A DNA stretch of 36,433 bases, from the NCBI GenBank assembly GCA_015490695.1, contig WFXK01000024.1:1-36433 (forward strand), in the 5' to 3' direction. The position numbers and the translations under genes are program-made. Each line of letters starts with the position of its first letter. Position 1 is the first letter of the stretch. The notes below the pieces were generated by a model. That model saw nothing but the letters and a program-made list of their open reading frames with translations, ran no database searches and had not been told where the DNA came from. Below, in pieces: positions 17,960 through 26,404 of the stretch. Source of the DNA: Bacteroidota bacterium (GTDB lineage: Bacteria; Bacteroidota; Bacteroidia; SpSt-205; S141-50).

Positions 17960-18936
17960 CATCCCATTAACCATTGTATCGCTTTTTCTGCTGCAGCAAA
18001 AGGTGATAAACGTTGTTCTATTACTTGTTTTTCTATCTCCTTGAAATTTTTTTGCAGCGTATTCCTACGCTCTTCAAAGAGATTTTGCAATAATAGGTAT
18101 ATCCATTGGATTTGCTGTTCTTTTCTTAATTGTTGCAAGTATCCCTGTTGCTTCCAATGTTGGAAATACGCTTGAATAGTATCATACAGGGTATCTATAC
18201 CTTGGTTTTGTAGGGCAGATACCATCAGGACTTTGGGTGCGAAGCCATAGGGGGGCAGGGGCATCAAGCGCATAGCTTGACTATATTGCGTTTTGGCTTT
18301 CCGTGCTAAAGGTAATAGTTCTCCATCGGCTTTTGTGATGACTAATAAATCTGCCATTTCCATGATACCGCGCTTTAATCCTTGCAGTTCATCACCACCG
18401 CCAGGTTGGATTAATAAAAGAAAAAGGTCGCATAGGGCTCGGGCTATGGTTTCGCTTTGTCCTACACCGATGGTTTCTATAAAGATGAGGTCAAAGCCTG
18501 CGGCTTCGCAAAGGATTAACATCGCTAAAGTAGAATGGGCTATACCACCATAGTTCCCCGAAGCGGGACGAATATAAGCATTAGGATGAAAGGCTAACCG
18601 CTGCATTCTTGTTTTGTCTCCTAAGATGCTACCCCCACTACGTTGGCTCTTAGGGTCAATAGCGATAACCGCTAAACGACGTTTTTTTTGTTCTACTGCA
18701 TAATAACCTAAGGCTTCAATCAATGTGCTTTTTCCAACGCCAGGTGTCCCTGTGATGACTAAACGTTGTGCTTTACCACTATAAGGATAACAACGCTCTA
18801 TTAACGCCTTACTCAATTCCCTATCTGAAGGCAAAGTACTTTCTACTAAGCTCAGTGCCTTACTAAGAATTCTCCTATCGCCCTTACGAATACCTTCAAA
18901 GTATGCTTCTAAGGAAAGCCGTTGTTTCAAAGGCAT
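17950..18936 (-). CDS. meaB: Methylmalonyl-CoA mutase-associated G-protein chaperone (MeaB/ArgK family GTPase)
   Basis: P-loop GTPGVGKST, IETIGVGQSE (switch/DxxG region) and ITKADG (NKxD equivalent). 328 aa, typical of MeaB/ArgK. Confidence 0.87.
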   Translation of the reverse strand: MPLKQRLSLEAYFEGIRKGDRRILSKALSLVESTLPSDRELSKALIERCYPYSGKAQRLVITGTPGVGKSTLIEALGYYAVEQKKRRLAVIAIDPKSQRSGGSILGDKTRMQRLAFHPNAYIRPASGNYGGIAHSTLAMLILCEAAGFDLIFIETIGVGQSETIARALCDLFLLLIQPGGGDELQGLKRGIMEMADLLVITKADGELLPLARKAKTQYSQAMRLMPLPPYGFAPKVLMVSALQNQGIDTLYDTIQAYFQHWKQQGYLQQLRKEQQIQWIYLLLQNLFEERRNTLQKNFKEIEKQVIEQRLSPFAAAEKAIQWLMGCGS

Positions 18937-18937
18937 A

Positions 18938-19975
18938 TTATTCTACCCACTCAGCAATGAAAATATTTGTCTCCCTAGGCGTTTTGCCATTACGATTACT
19001 AGAAAAGACAAGGTATTTGCCGTCAAATGAAAACATAGGGAAGGATTCAAATTCTTCACCGTAAGTGATTTGTTCTAAGTTTTTTCCTGAAGTGTCAATC
19101 ATAAAGATATTGAAGATACGTCCGCCTTTGTCTAAGGTATGGTGATTAGAGGCAAATAGGATTTTTGCTCCTGAGGGGTGGAAGAAGGGTGCCCAATTAG
19201 CACCAGGCAAATTAGTTATTTGTTTTTTGTTTTTTCCGTCGGCATCCATCATGTAGATTTGCATTTCTGTTGGTTGAACAAATCCTTTTTTCAGTAGGTT
19301 TTTATAAAGGGTAGTGTCTTTGGGACGGCTTGCTCGCCATACAATCTTTTTTCCATCAGGAGAAAAGAACGCTCCGCCGTCGTATCCTAATTCATCGGTT
19401 AATTGTAAAAGTTCTTTGGTTTTCAAATCATAGCGCCAAAGTTCTAAATCTCCTGAGCGCATAGAAGTGAAGACGATATAGCGTCCATCGGGTGAGACTG
19501 TGGCTTCGGCATCATAGCAATTGGGTTCTCCAAGCAATTTCTTAGGTGGTGCGCCGAGGCTTTCTACGATATAAATGTCGTAATCAAAAAGGGGCCAGAC
19601 ATAATGCCCTTGATAAAAGTGAGGCGCCTTGGGACAAGAGTCACTAAGGTGGTGAGTAGAAGCGAAAATCATGCGTCCATCTTTCAAGAAGTAGCCGCAG
19701 GTTGTTCTTCCCGTACCCGTAGAAACTCGTTCGTAGCGAAGGTCTTTTTGAGTTAAATCCAAAACAAAGATTTGGTCACAGCCTAAGGGGTTAATGGCTT
19801 TCCAATCGCTTTGGAAAATGAGCTTTTTGTTGTCAAAGCTAAAATAGGCTTCTGCGTTGTTACCTCCGAAAGTTAGTTGCCGAACATTTTTTAAGTGTTT
19901 TTCTTGTGGATAGCGTAAGGAGTCTTTATGTTGTGCTGCACAACCTAACAATAACAAAAGCGCTATGAAGTACAT
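18938..19975 (-). CDS. TolB-like PD40/WD40-like beta-propeller repeat lipoprotein
   Basis: Repeated PD40-type segments (SPDGRYIVFTS, SPDGKKIVWRAS, HPSGAKILFASN, SFDGKYLVFSSNR). I place the start at MYFIALLLLLGC (ATG at 19975), which gives a lipobox and removes the overlap with scpA. Confidence 0.75.
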   Translation of the reverse strand: MYFIALLLLLGCAAQHKDSLRYPQEKHLKNVRQLTFGGNNAEAYFSFDNKKLIFQSDWKAINPLGCDQIFVLDLTQKDLRYERVSTGTGRTTCGYFLKDGRMIFASTHHLSDSCPKAPHFYQGHYVWPLFDYDIYIVESLGAPPKKLLGEPNCYDAEATVSPDGRYIVFTSMRSGDLELWRYDLKTKELLQLTDELGYDGGAFFSPDGKKIVWRASRPKDTTLYKNLLKKGFVQPTEMQIYMMDADGKNKKQITNLPGANWAPFFHPSGAKILFASNHHTLDKGGRIFNIFMIDTSGKNLEQITYGEEFESFPMFSFDGKYLVFSSNRNGKTPRETNIFIAEWVE

Positions 19976-19985
19976 GGCAACAAAT

Positions 19986-20726
19986 CTACGGCGCTTTTGC
20001 AAGTATCCAAAACCGATTAATAGATTGAACCACAATAGCAATACGTTGCTCCTGGGCTAAGTCTAAAAGGGCTAATAGCGTAAAAACCACATAGAGTCGT
20101 GAAGGGTCTCGTTGTAATAGCTCTTCAAAATGCCAACGAGAACGCAACCGCAATAATCCCAAAATATAGTGTTTCACTTCTCTGACAGTATAAGGATAGG
20201 GTTTTATACTTCGCTGCGGTGGACGATGACGAATACAAAAACGTTCTAAAACCTCTAAATAAACTTTTAAGAGTTTATAGCTTTGCATGGGTGCTAAGTG
20301 GTGGATGGTCTTTAGAGAACGTTGCAGCCATTGTTGTTCTTGTTCAGTAAATCCTCGTTTAAAACGTTTTTGGGCTTGTTGTTCCAAAGTTTTCAGTGCT
20401 TGTGCCCATGCTTTGGCTTGTTTATGAGCTAATAGTTGTTCTACTAAGGGTTTTCGTGGATCGCCTTCCTCCTTCACTACAGAAGGTAATAACATTTTTG
20501 CTTTAATGTACATCAATTGGGAAGCCATGGCAATAAATTCTCCTCCTATTTCTAAAGCATTTTCTCGCATATATTGTAAATACTGCAAAAAATCTTCTGT
20601 GATTTTTCCAATAGGAATGTCGTAAATAGGGATTTCTTCTCGTTCTATGAAATAAAGAAGTAGGTCTAATGGTCCTTCAAAAATGGGTAGTTTTACTTGG
20701 TAGCGTTCTTGTGCGATGCTAAGCAT
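19986..20726 (-). CDS. scpA: Segregation and condensation protein A (kleisin)
   Basis: LPIFEGPLDLLLYFIEREEIPIYDIPIGKITEDFLQYL is the ScpA N-terminal signature. I place the start at MLSIAQERY (ATG at 20726), 8 nt after the stop of the upstream gene. Confidence 0.85.
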   Translation of the reverse strand: MLSIAQERYQVKLPIFEGPLDLLLYFIEREEIPIYDIPIGKITEDFLQYLQYMRENALEIGGEFIAMASQLMYIKAKMLLPSVVKEEGDPRKPLVEQLLAHKQAKAWAQALKTLEQQAQKRFKRGFTEQEQQWLQRSLKTIHHLAPMQSYKLLKVYLEVLERFCIRHRPPQRSIKPYPYTVREVKHYILGLLRLRSRWHFEELLQRDPSRLYVVFTLLALLDLAQEQRIAIVVQSINRFWILAKAP

Positions 20727-20734
20727 ACGTATTT

Positions 20735-21808
20735 TTATTTTACGGCAAAAGCATTGGTATAGCACCAGAGGGTATAGACAGGCAGGTGGTCGGAATAGCC
20801 ATCAGCGTGGTAAGTGACGCCAGAAAAAGTTCTATTGGGCATTAGTCCATAACGGGGATGGGAATAAAGCATGTCGGGGGTATAAAAAGCTTGCGCTTCT
20901 TGTAATAAATAAAGGTTTCCGATGCCTTGACACAGCGATTGTGAAATAATGATTTGGTCTAACATCCCCCAATGTTTACGATAGCAGTGGGAGCAAATAG
21001 CGGCATCTTCCTCACAGGCTTCGTGAGTAGCATAAGCTAAATTACACAGGGTAGCATTGCGATGGCTATGGGGCGTGGCTTTTAAGGCTTTACGTAGACT
21101 AACATCATCGGGATAATCATTAAAATCCCCCATGATGAGGATAGCAGCGTCGGGGTCTTTAGCAAGAATTTTATCTACTTTTCGTCTTAGCAAGCGCGCC
21201 ATAGCAACCCTTTTATGAAAAGTCTTTTTCTCGCCTCCACGTCTTGAGGGCCAGTGGTTCAAAAACACGTGAAGTTCTACTCCTTTTAATGTTCCACGAA
21301 CATACAAAATGTTTCTTGTGGTTCTTGCTTGCGGAGGATTGGGAAGCCGCTGAACCTGTAAAACCTTAAACCAATCTTTTCTATACAACAAAGCTACATC
21401 TATGCCCCTTCTATCATCACTTTCCCGATGAACAATGCCAACTTCAAAATTCAATAGTTGCACTAAATCTTCAAGGACTTTCCTGTTTTCTATTTCTACC
21501 AATTCCAATAGTACCAAGGGAGCTTTTTCGTTTAAACGATTGATGACTTTGGCGATTTGCTTTAGTTTTTTCCTGTAGCGGCGTTTTGTCCAGCGGTACT
21601 TGCCTCCGGGAGTAAAAGCGTTGTCGTTTTTGTGCGGGTCGTCTTCTGTATCAAAAAGATTTTCTACATTATAAGTAGCTATCATGAAAGTAGTGCCGTT
21701 TTCACATTCATTTGCAAATAATAGTTTGGCTTGTTGTAAGAATTGTTGTGTTAGCTCTTCGCAGCCGATAAAAAAGAAAAAGAATAGAATTAAAATCCTT
21801 TTATCCAT
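20735..21808 (-). CDS. Endonuclease/exonuclease/phosphatase (EEP) family lipoprotein
   Basis: Lipoprotein signal MDKRILILFFFFFIGC. EEP motifs are present: ATYNVENLFD, IMGDFND and the C-terminal SDHLPV. Confidence 0.82.
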   Translation of the reverse strand: MDKRILILFFFFFIGCEELTQQFLQQAKLLFANECENGTTFMIATYNVENLFDTEDDPHKNDNAFTPGGKYRWTKRRYRKKLKQIAKVINRLNEKAPLVLLELVEIENRKVLEDLVQLLNFEVGIVHRESDDRRGIDVALLYRKDWFKVLQVQRLPNPPQARTTRNILYVRGTLKGVELHVFLNHWPSRRGGEKKTFHKRVAMARLLRRKVDKILAKDPDAAILIMGDFNDYPDDVSLRKALKATPHSHRNATLCNLAYATHEACEEDAAICSHCYRKHWGMLDQIIISQSLCQGIGNLYLLQEAQAFYTPDMLYSHPRYGLMPNRTFSGVTYHADGYSDHLPVYTLWCYTNAFAVK

Positions 21809-23349
21809 TTGGCTCGTATTTTTTGGTTTTTATAAAAGACTTCTACGATATAACAACCTGGGTGGAGAGTTTGTAAAGGGAGGTTATATTGGACATTTGT
21901 AATGAAGCCGTCTTGTTGGTAGACTTTTCTTCCTTGGATGTCGTAAAGGGTTAATTGGTAGTATTGGAATTGTTCATCAAATAGGGTAAGTTGGAGTTGT
22001 TCTAAGTTTTGTTTGATTTGCAATAGAGGGAATTTTTTAGGGAGGGTAGTGGTGAGGCTACGCAAATAGGACCATGCGGCGGCAGCGTTAGGGATACCGT
22101 AGCCGTAGATGGTATCGGGTTTGTCAGCTCTATCGCCACTTCTTCGTATGGCTTCTATGATTTGCATAGCGGTGGCGCTTGGTACGGCTTGAATAAGACA
22201 AGCAGCTAAGCCTGCTATGATAGGGGCAGAAAACGACGTACCATTACCGGATGAGACCTGTCCATTAGAAAGCACCAGTGGTGTAGCAGCCCCTTGAGCA
22301 ACCACATCAGGCTTAATACGCCCATCTGCTGTAGGACCACGGGAAGAAAACGGAGCAATCACCCCATTTTGGTCTACAGCACCAACACAAAGGATACTAT
22401 CGGCATCACAGGGAGCAATAATATAATGCCATGGACTTGCCCCTTCGTTCCCCGCACTATTGACCACAACCATGCCTTTACTTGCTGCTATATCCGCTGC
22501 CTGTGTTACAATCGTTCTATCACCATTCATGTCTTGATATGTATAATCGCCCTCACCAGGGTCAAATAGATTGTATCCTAAAGAAGAGTTTATTACATCT
22601 ATGCCTAAACTGTCGGCTACTTCTACTGCAGCCAGCCAATAATATTCCTCTATATGACGTTCATAAGCGTTGACTTCGGTTCGGGCTAAAAAGTAGGATG
22701 CCATAGGCGCCGTGCCTACATACACCCCAGGGGCATTAGATGCCATAATAGAAAGCACATACGAACCATGAACCCCATCATCAAAAACATTAGAATCTTG
22801 CAAAGCAAAGTCCCATGAACCAAGAAATCTTCCTTGAGTAAATAAATGTCCTAAGGTTGCATGATTGGAATCTACACCAATGAAGCCATTATCAAAAACA
22901 GCGATTTTGACTTTATTACCTTGAAAGCCTGCATTATGAAGCACAGAAAGGTTTATAGCATCTGCAATGGGCTGAGCGCTTCCGTAGTCTACAGCAGCAA
23001 GCACACTTTTTAATCGTTTTACAGGGGTGATTTTACGGACGAAGGTTTGATGGGCAATGCAGCTCAAACAACTTTCGTTTTCTGTTTTAATTACTGCTGC
23101 ATTAAACCATTTAGATACCCATAAGATAGTCGCTCCACAGGTTTTTAATTGAGTGAGGTAATAGGTATTTACTGGGAAATCTCTTTGGTCTAAGGGGATT
23201 TTTTGTCTTAAATGGCGTTTAAGTTTCGCTTTTGAGATGGTTTGTTGTAGCACGGTGGGGGAGATAGCGGGCTTGTCTTTAAAAAACACCCACCATGATT
23301 GTTGTGCCCAAGCAAAGACAAATAGTAAGCCAACGCTGCACCAGCGCAC
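21790..23349 (-). CDS. Subtilisin-family (S8) serine peptidase with T9SS-type C-terminal sorting domain
   Basis: Catalytic triad contexts KIAVFDNGF (Asp), GVHGSYVLS (His) and NGTSFSAPIIAG (Ser). An N-terminal signal plus propeptide-like region is present. The C-terminus LTLYDIQGRKVY...GCYIVEVFYKNQKIRAKWIKGF is Por_Secre_tail-like. Confidence 0.87.
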   Translation of the reverse strand: MRWCSVGLLFVFAWAQQSWWVFFKDKPAISPTVLQQTISKAKLKRHLRQKIPLDQRDFPVNTYYLTQLKTCGATILWVSKWFNAAVIKTENESCLSCIAHQTFVRKITPVKRLKSVLAAVDYGSAQPIADAINLSVLHNAGFQGNKVKIAVFDNGFIGVDSNHATLGHLFTQGRFLGSWDFALQDSNVFDDGVHGSYVLSIMASNAPGVYVGTAPMASYFLARTEVNAYERHIEEYYWLAAVEVADSLGIDVINSSLGYNLFDPGEGDYTYQDMNGDRTIVTQAADIAASKGMVVVNSAGNEGASPWHYIIAPCDADSILCVGAVDQNGVIAPFSSRGPTADGRIKPDVVAQGAATPLVLSNGQVSSGNGTSFSAPIIAGLAACLIQAVPSATAMQIIEAIRRSGDRADKPDTIYGYGIPNAAAAWSYLRSLTTTLPKKFPLLQIKQNLEQLQLTLFDEQFQYYQLTLYDIQGRKVYQQDGFITNVQYNLPLQTLHPGCYIVEVFYKNQKIRAKWIKGF

Positions 23350-23354
23350 AAAAG

Positions 23355-23362
23355 CAAAGGTA
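23355..23362 (-). promoter_or_regulatory. Bacteroidota-type -7 promoter element (TACCTTTG on the minus strand)
   Basis: The plus strand reads CAAAGGTA in the 20-nt gap between the BNR gene stop and the S8 ATG, 5 nt from that ATG. Confidence 0.3.
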
Positions 23363-23369
23363 AACTTTT

Positions 23370-26309
23370 CTACATTTTCACAAAACGCAGCCGCGTGCTG
23401 TAGTGAGGTGTTTGAACTTCAAGGAAGTAGGTTCCTGCTGCTAACGAAGTGATGTCCAGTGCTAAGGTATGCTCTCCCTTAGTTAAGGTCTTAACAGGAT
23501 AGCGAATAAGGGCTCTGCCTTGCAAGTCTATGATGGATAGGTGGACTTCTGAGGTCGTAGATACGCTTATGCGAGCTTGCAGGGATTGAGCGTTAGCACG
23601 TACGATTTGGGCTTGGAAGACTTGTACAGGGATACTTACTTGCACACTTCTTGAATAGGCGACTGAACCGTCGTCGTGGATGGCTTTGATTCGGTAAATG
23701 TAGGTTTCCCCTGAACGGATAGCAAAGTCTTTATGGGTGTAAGTAGATGGCGTTCGTTTCGCATAGATTTGTGCAATGGGTTCAAAAGTGTTGTTAGTTT
23801 TCTTTTCTACTATATAGCGTTGAACGTCTGATTCTGCGGCGGTTTGCCATTGGATAAGCACGTGGTTTTCCTGATAGCGTGCTTTAACGGCTTGGAATTG
23901 TACAGGGAGTAATTGGTCTAAGTCGGTTTCAAAGAGTCCGCGTCCGTGGGTTGCGGCGATGACGACGTTATCTGAAGGACGCCATTGCAGCATATCGGTT
24001 CGTACATTAGCTAAGCCGATGTTAGAAGGTCCCCAAGAGGTAGTAGCGCCGTTAAGTTGGCTTGTAGACCAAACGCCTAATTCAGTTGCCAACAGTGCTT
24101 GTGTTGCAGTAGCCCCACCTGGGTCGGGTACAAATAATGCCCAACGTATGGGCATATCGGGTAGGTTCCCTTCTACATTTGTCCAATTCGCTCCACCATC
24201 CGTGGTCTCCCATACAGAAGTAACCCCATAGTTGGAGTAAGTAACTAACAGGTGTTGATTATTATTGGGGTCTATGGCGATGGATGAGACATAGCCGTTT
24301 CCACCTCCCATACCTGGAGGTGTTATAGGGGTTATCGTAGGTCCGCCGCTGTTTGCGTTGTCTACTTTGTAAACTTCTCCTTGGTCAGTACCGAAGTAGA
24401 CTCTATTGGCGACCGATTCATCTACTGTGATAGCACTTACTTGTCCGTTAAAGCCTGCGTTTACTGTAACGAGGGTGGAGCCTGTTTGGGGGTCAATCCA
24501 GTAGGCGTATTGTCCTGCTGCATCGCCTAAGTACATGATATTGGCTTGATTGTCGTAATCAGTAGGATTGATAAATAAGCCGGCGTTGCTGGTGACCACT
24601 CTTGTCCATGTAGCTCCACCATCTGAGGAGCGAAAGATATTTTGGTAGACGTAGCTGGTCCATTGGTATTGGGGTTGGTCTTGGTCTATGTGGCAGAAGG
24701 CGCCGTCACCGCCTGTGACTTCTGTTGTAGTGCTTAAGCCGGGATTGGTCCATTGATGTGAGCCATTGTCTTGGGCGCCACCTAAGGCATAATTGCTTCC
24801 TGAAGCAGGATGCAAAGCACAAGCATAGAGCTGTAAAGTACGATAATTGTCATTGATTTCTGTAAAGGTGGGGTTGTTGGCAGAGGCGTTTGTTACTAAG
24901 AATACGCCGCCGTCTGTGCCTAACAAAAGGGTGTTTCTATCTCCTGGGCGGTAGACCATAGCATGGTGGTCAGCATGAACATAGGGGAAGCCCCATCCAC
25001 ACCAACTAGTCATTTGGTCCCATGTCGCACCGCCGTCCATAGTTCGGAAGATATCTACGCCTCCTGCCCAAACAATGTTTTCATCAACGGGGTCTACGGC
25101 AAGAATAAGGTCATACCACGCTTGTCCGCGAGAAAAATCGCTACCTCTAAGGGTGGTACAATCCCACCAGTTACCAACATTAAATATAGAAACAGCGTTC
25201 CATGTTGTTCCATTATAGGTTAATTTAATAATATCGCCTATGCCGGCAGTGGTATTGTCTTCTATCATTATGTAAACAACATTAGGATTGCTTGGGGCAG
25301 GTGCTATTTCTATTCTACCTGTACCTGCAGGGGCATTCCATATTTCTGTCCATGTTTGTCCATCGTCGGTAGATAGGTATACGCCATCACCTCCCCAGCC
25401 AGGATTCCAACTTTCTATAGCGGCTAAAATTCCAATAACATTTCCTGTAGTAGGGTCTATGATGAGTTCTAAGTCATCTCCTCGGGCGGTTCCTGTAGCG
25501 CCGCCTAATACCCTTGTCCATGTTGCACCGCCGTCGGTAGAGCGGTAAATCCCACCTTGATTAAGTTGTCTTGCTCTGGTAGCAGCAAGCACCGTGCCAC
25601 CACTGCCATTGTCTACGTCCGTTACTACAATTTTTTGCACATAATCAAAGTTGGGGTCTGTTGCGGTAGAAGCTAACTGTACCCATGTAGCACCGCTATC
25701 GATAGATTTAAAAATGCCATCACCTCGTACGGCATCGTAATTATACCATCCTTCTCCTGTACCAAAGTACATTACTCCTGTGTTTGTTGGGTCATACGCT
25801 ATAGTTGTAATAGCAAGATTTTCAAAGAAGTCATTTACAGGGCTCCATGTAGGGGTGGCAGCGAAAATGTTATCACATACCCATAAACCACCCGAGACGC
25901 CCGCGGCAAAGACTCTACTATAAGTAGGGTCATTTGGGTCAAACATAATGGCACGGGTTCTACCCCCTTGATTGGTAGGACCACGTTCTTGCCATGCTAA
26001 AGAAAGCACTTTTACTTTTTGATTTGCCATCTGCCTCTCTAACTCCTTCATGTATTGATACGCCTTCCATAAGCGCTCTCTCGGAACCCGATTTAACCTC
26101 GGATCGCGTGTTTTCTTAAATTCCAATTCCATGGCTAAATCCATCCGAGTGCGCTTGGGGATTTCTATAGGTTTTCCTGCCTTGGCTTCTTTCACCTCAA
26201 CGATATACCCTCTCCATTGCTTGGGTTGCGGGGCTTTTCTTAGCGAAAGCCACAAACCGAAACTTACAGAAGCGACAATGAAAATGGCTATTTTCCACCC
26301 TCTTCGCAT
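23370..26309 (-). CDS. BNR/Asp-box repeat (sortilin/Vps10- or xyloglucanase-like double propeller) protein with T9SS-type C-terminal sorting domain
   Basis: At least six Asp-boxes (S-x-D-x-G-x-T-W): SIDSGATW, STDGGATW, STDDGQTW, TMDGGATW, SSDGGATW, TTDGGANW. An N-terminal hydrophobic anchor/signal is present. The C-terminus LSIIDLQGRALI...GTYFLEVQTPHYSTRLRFVKM is Por_Secre_tail-like. Confidence 0.85.
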   Translation of the reverse strand: MRRGWKIAIFIVASVSFGLWLSLRKAPQPKQWRGYIVEVKEAKAGKPIEIPKRTRMDLAMELEFKKTRDPRLNRVPRERLWKAYQYMKELERQMANQKVKVLSLAWQERGPTNQGGRTRAIMFDPNDPTYSRVFAAGVSGGLWVCDNIFAATPTWSPVNDFFENLAITTIAYDPTNTGVMYFGTGEGWYNYDAVRGDGIFKSIDSGATWVQLASTATDPNFDYVQKIVVTDVDNGSGGTVLAATRARQLNQGGIYRSTDGGATWTRVLGGATGTARGDDLELIIDPTTGNVIGILAAIESWNPGWGGDGVYLSTDDGQTWTEIWNAPAGTGRIEIAPAPSNPNVVYIMIEDNTTAGIGDIIKLTYNGTTWNAVSIFNVGNWWDCTTLRGSDFSRGQAWYDLILAVDPVDENIVWAGGVDIFRTMDGGATWDQMTSWCGWGFPYVHADHHAMVYRPGDRNTLLLGTDGGVFLVTNASANNPTFTEINDNYRTLQLYACALHPASGSNYALGGAQDNGSHQWTNPGLSTTTEVTGGDGAFCHIDQDQPQYQWTSYVYQNIFRSSDGGATWTRVVTSNAGLFINPTDYDNQANIMYLGDAAGQYAYWIDPQTGSTLVTVNAGFNGQVSAITVDESVANRVYFGTDQGEVYKVDNANSGGPTITPITPPGMGGGNGYVSSIAIDPNNNQHLLVTYSNYGVTSVWETTDGGANWTNVEGNLPDMPIRWALFVPDPGGATATQALLATELGVWSTSQLNGATTSWGPSNIGLANVRTDMLQWRPSDNVVIAATHGRGLFETDLDQLLPVQFQAVKARYQENHVLIQWQTAAESDVQRYIVEKKTNNTFEPIAQIYAKRTPSTYTHKDFAIRSGETYIYRIKAIHDDGSVAYSRSVQVSIPVQVFQAQIVRANAQSLQARISVSTTSEVHLSIIDLQGRALIRYPVKTLTKGEHTLALDITSLAAGTYFLEVQTPHYSTRLRFVKM

Positions 26310-26404
26310 AAGCTGCTAAAATTTTGCCCTTTCTATCTACTTATGGAATTTCGCCTTAGAAGGTAACTTTTGCATCCTGCTAAAGAAATTTACAAATTTG
26401 CGTT

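Noticed and set aside
17950-20726. meaB without an adjacent methylmalonyl-CoA mutase, and scpA without an adjacent scpB, as signs of unusual function.
   Set aside because: Both genes are frequently unlinked from their partners in many genomes. The partners may lie elsewhere, so the absence within 36 kb is not informative.
23370-26309. The elevated GC of the BNR gene (about 50-58% in sampled lines) as a sign of horizontal transfer.
   Set aside because: The protein is very rich in Gly, Thr, Ala, Pro and Trp, whose codons are GC-rich. Amino-acid composition explains the shift. No mobility genes or boundaries are present.
26363-26369. The heptamer GTAACTT occurs upstream of both the 864-aa gene (26363-26369) and the SBBP gene (29038-29044). 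It could be an ECF-sigma -35 element co-regulating T9SS cargo.
   Set aside because: A single shared 7-mer between two ~95-nt AT-rich regions is close to chance expectation (roughly 0.5 expected). No common -10-like CGT element follows at a consistent spacing.
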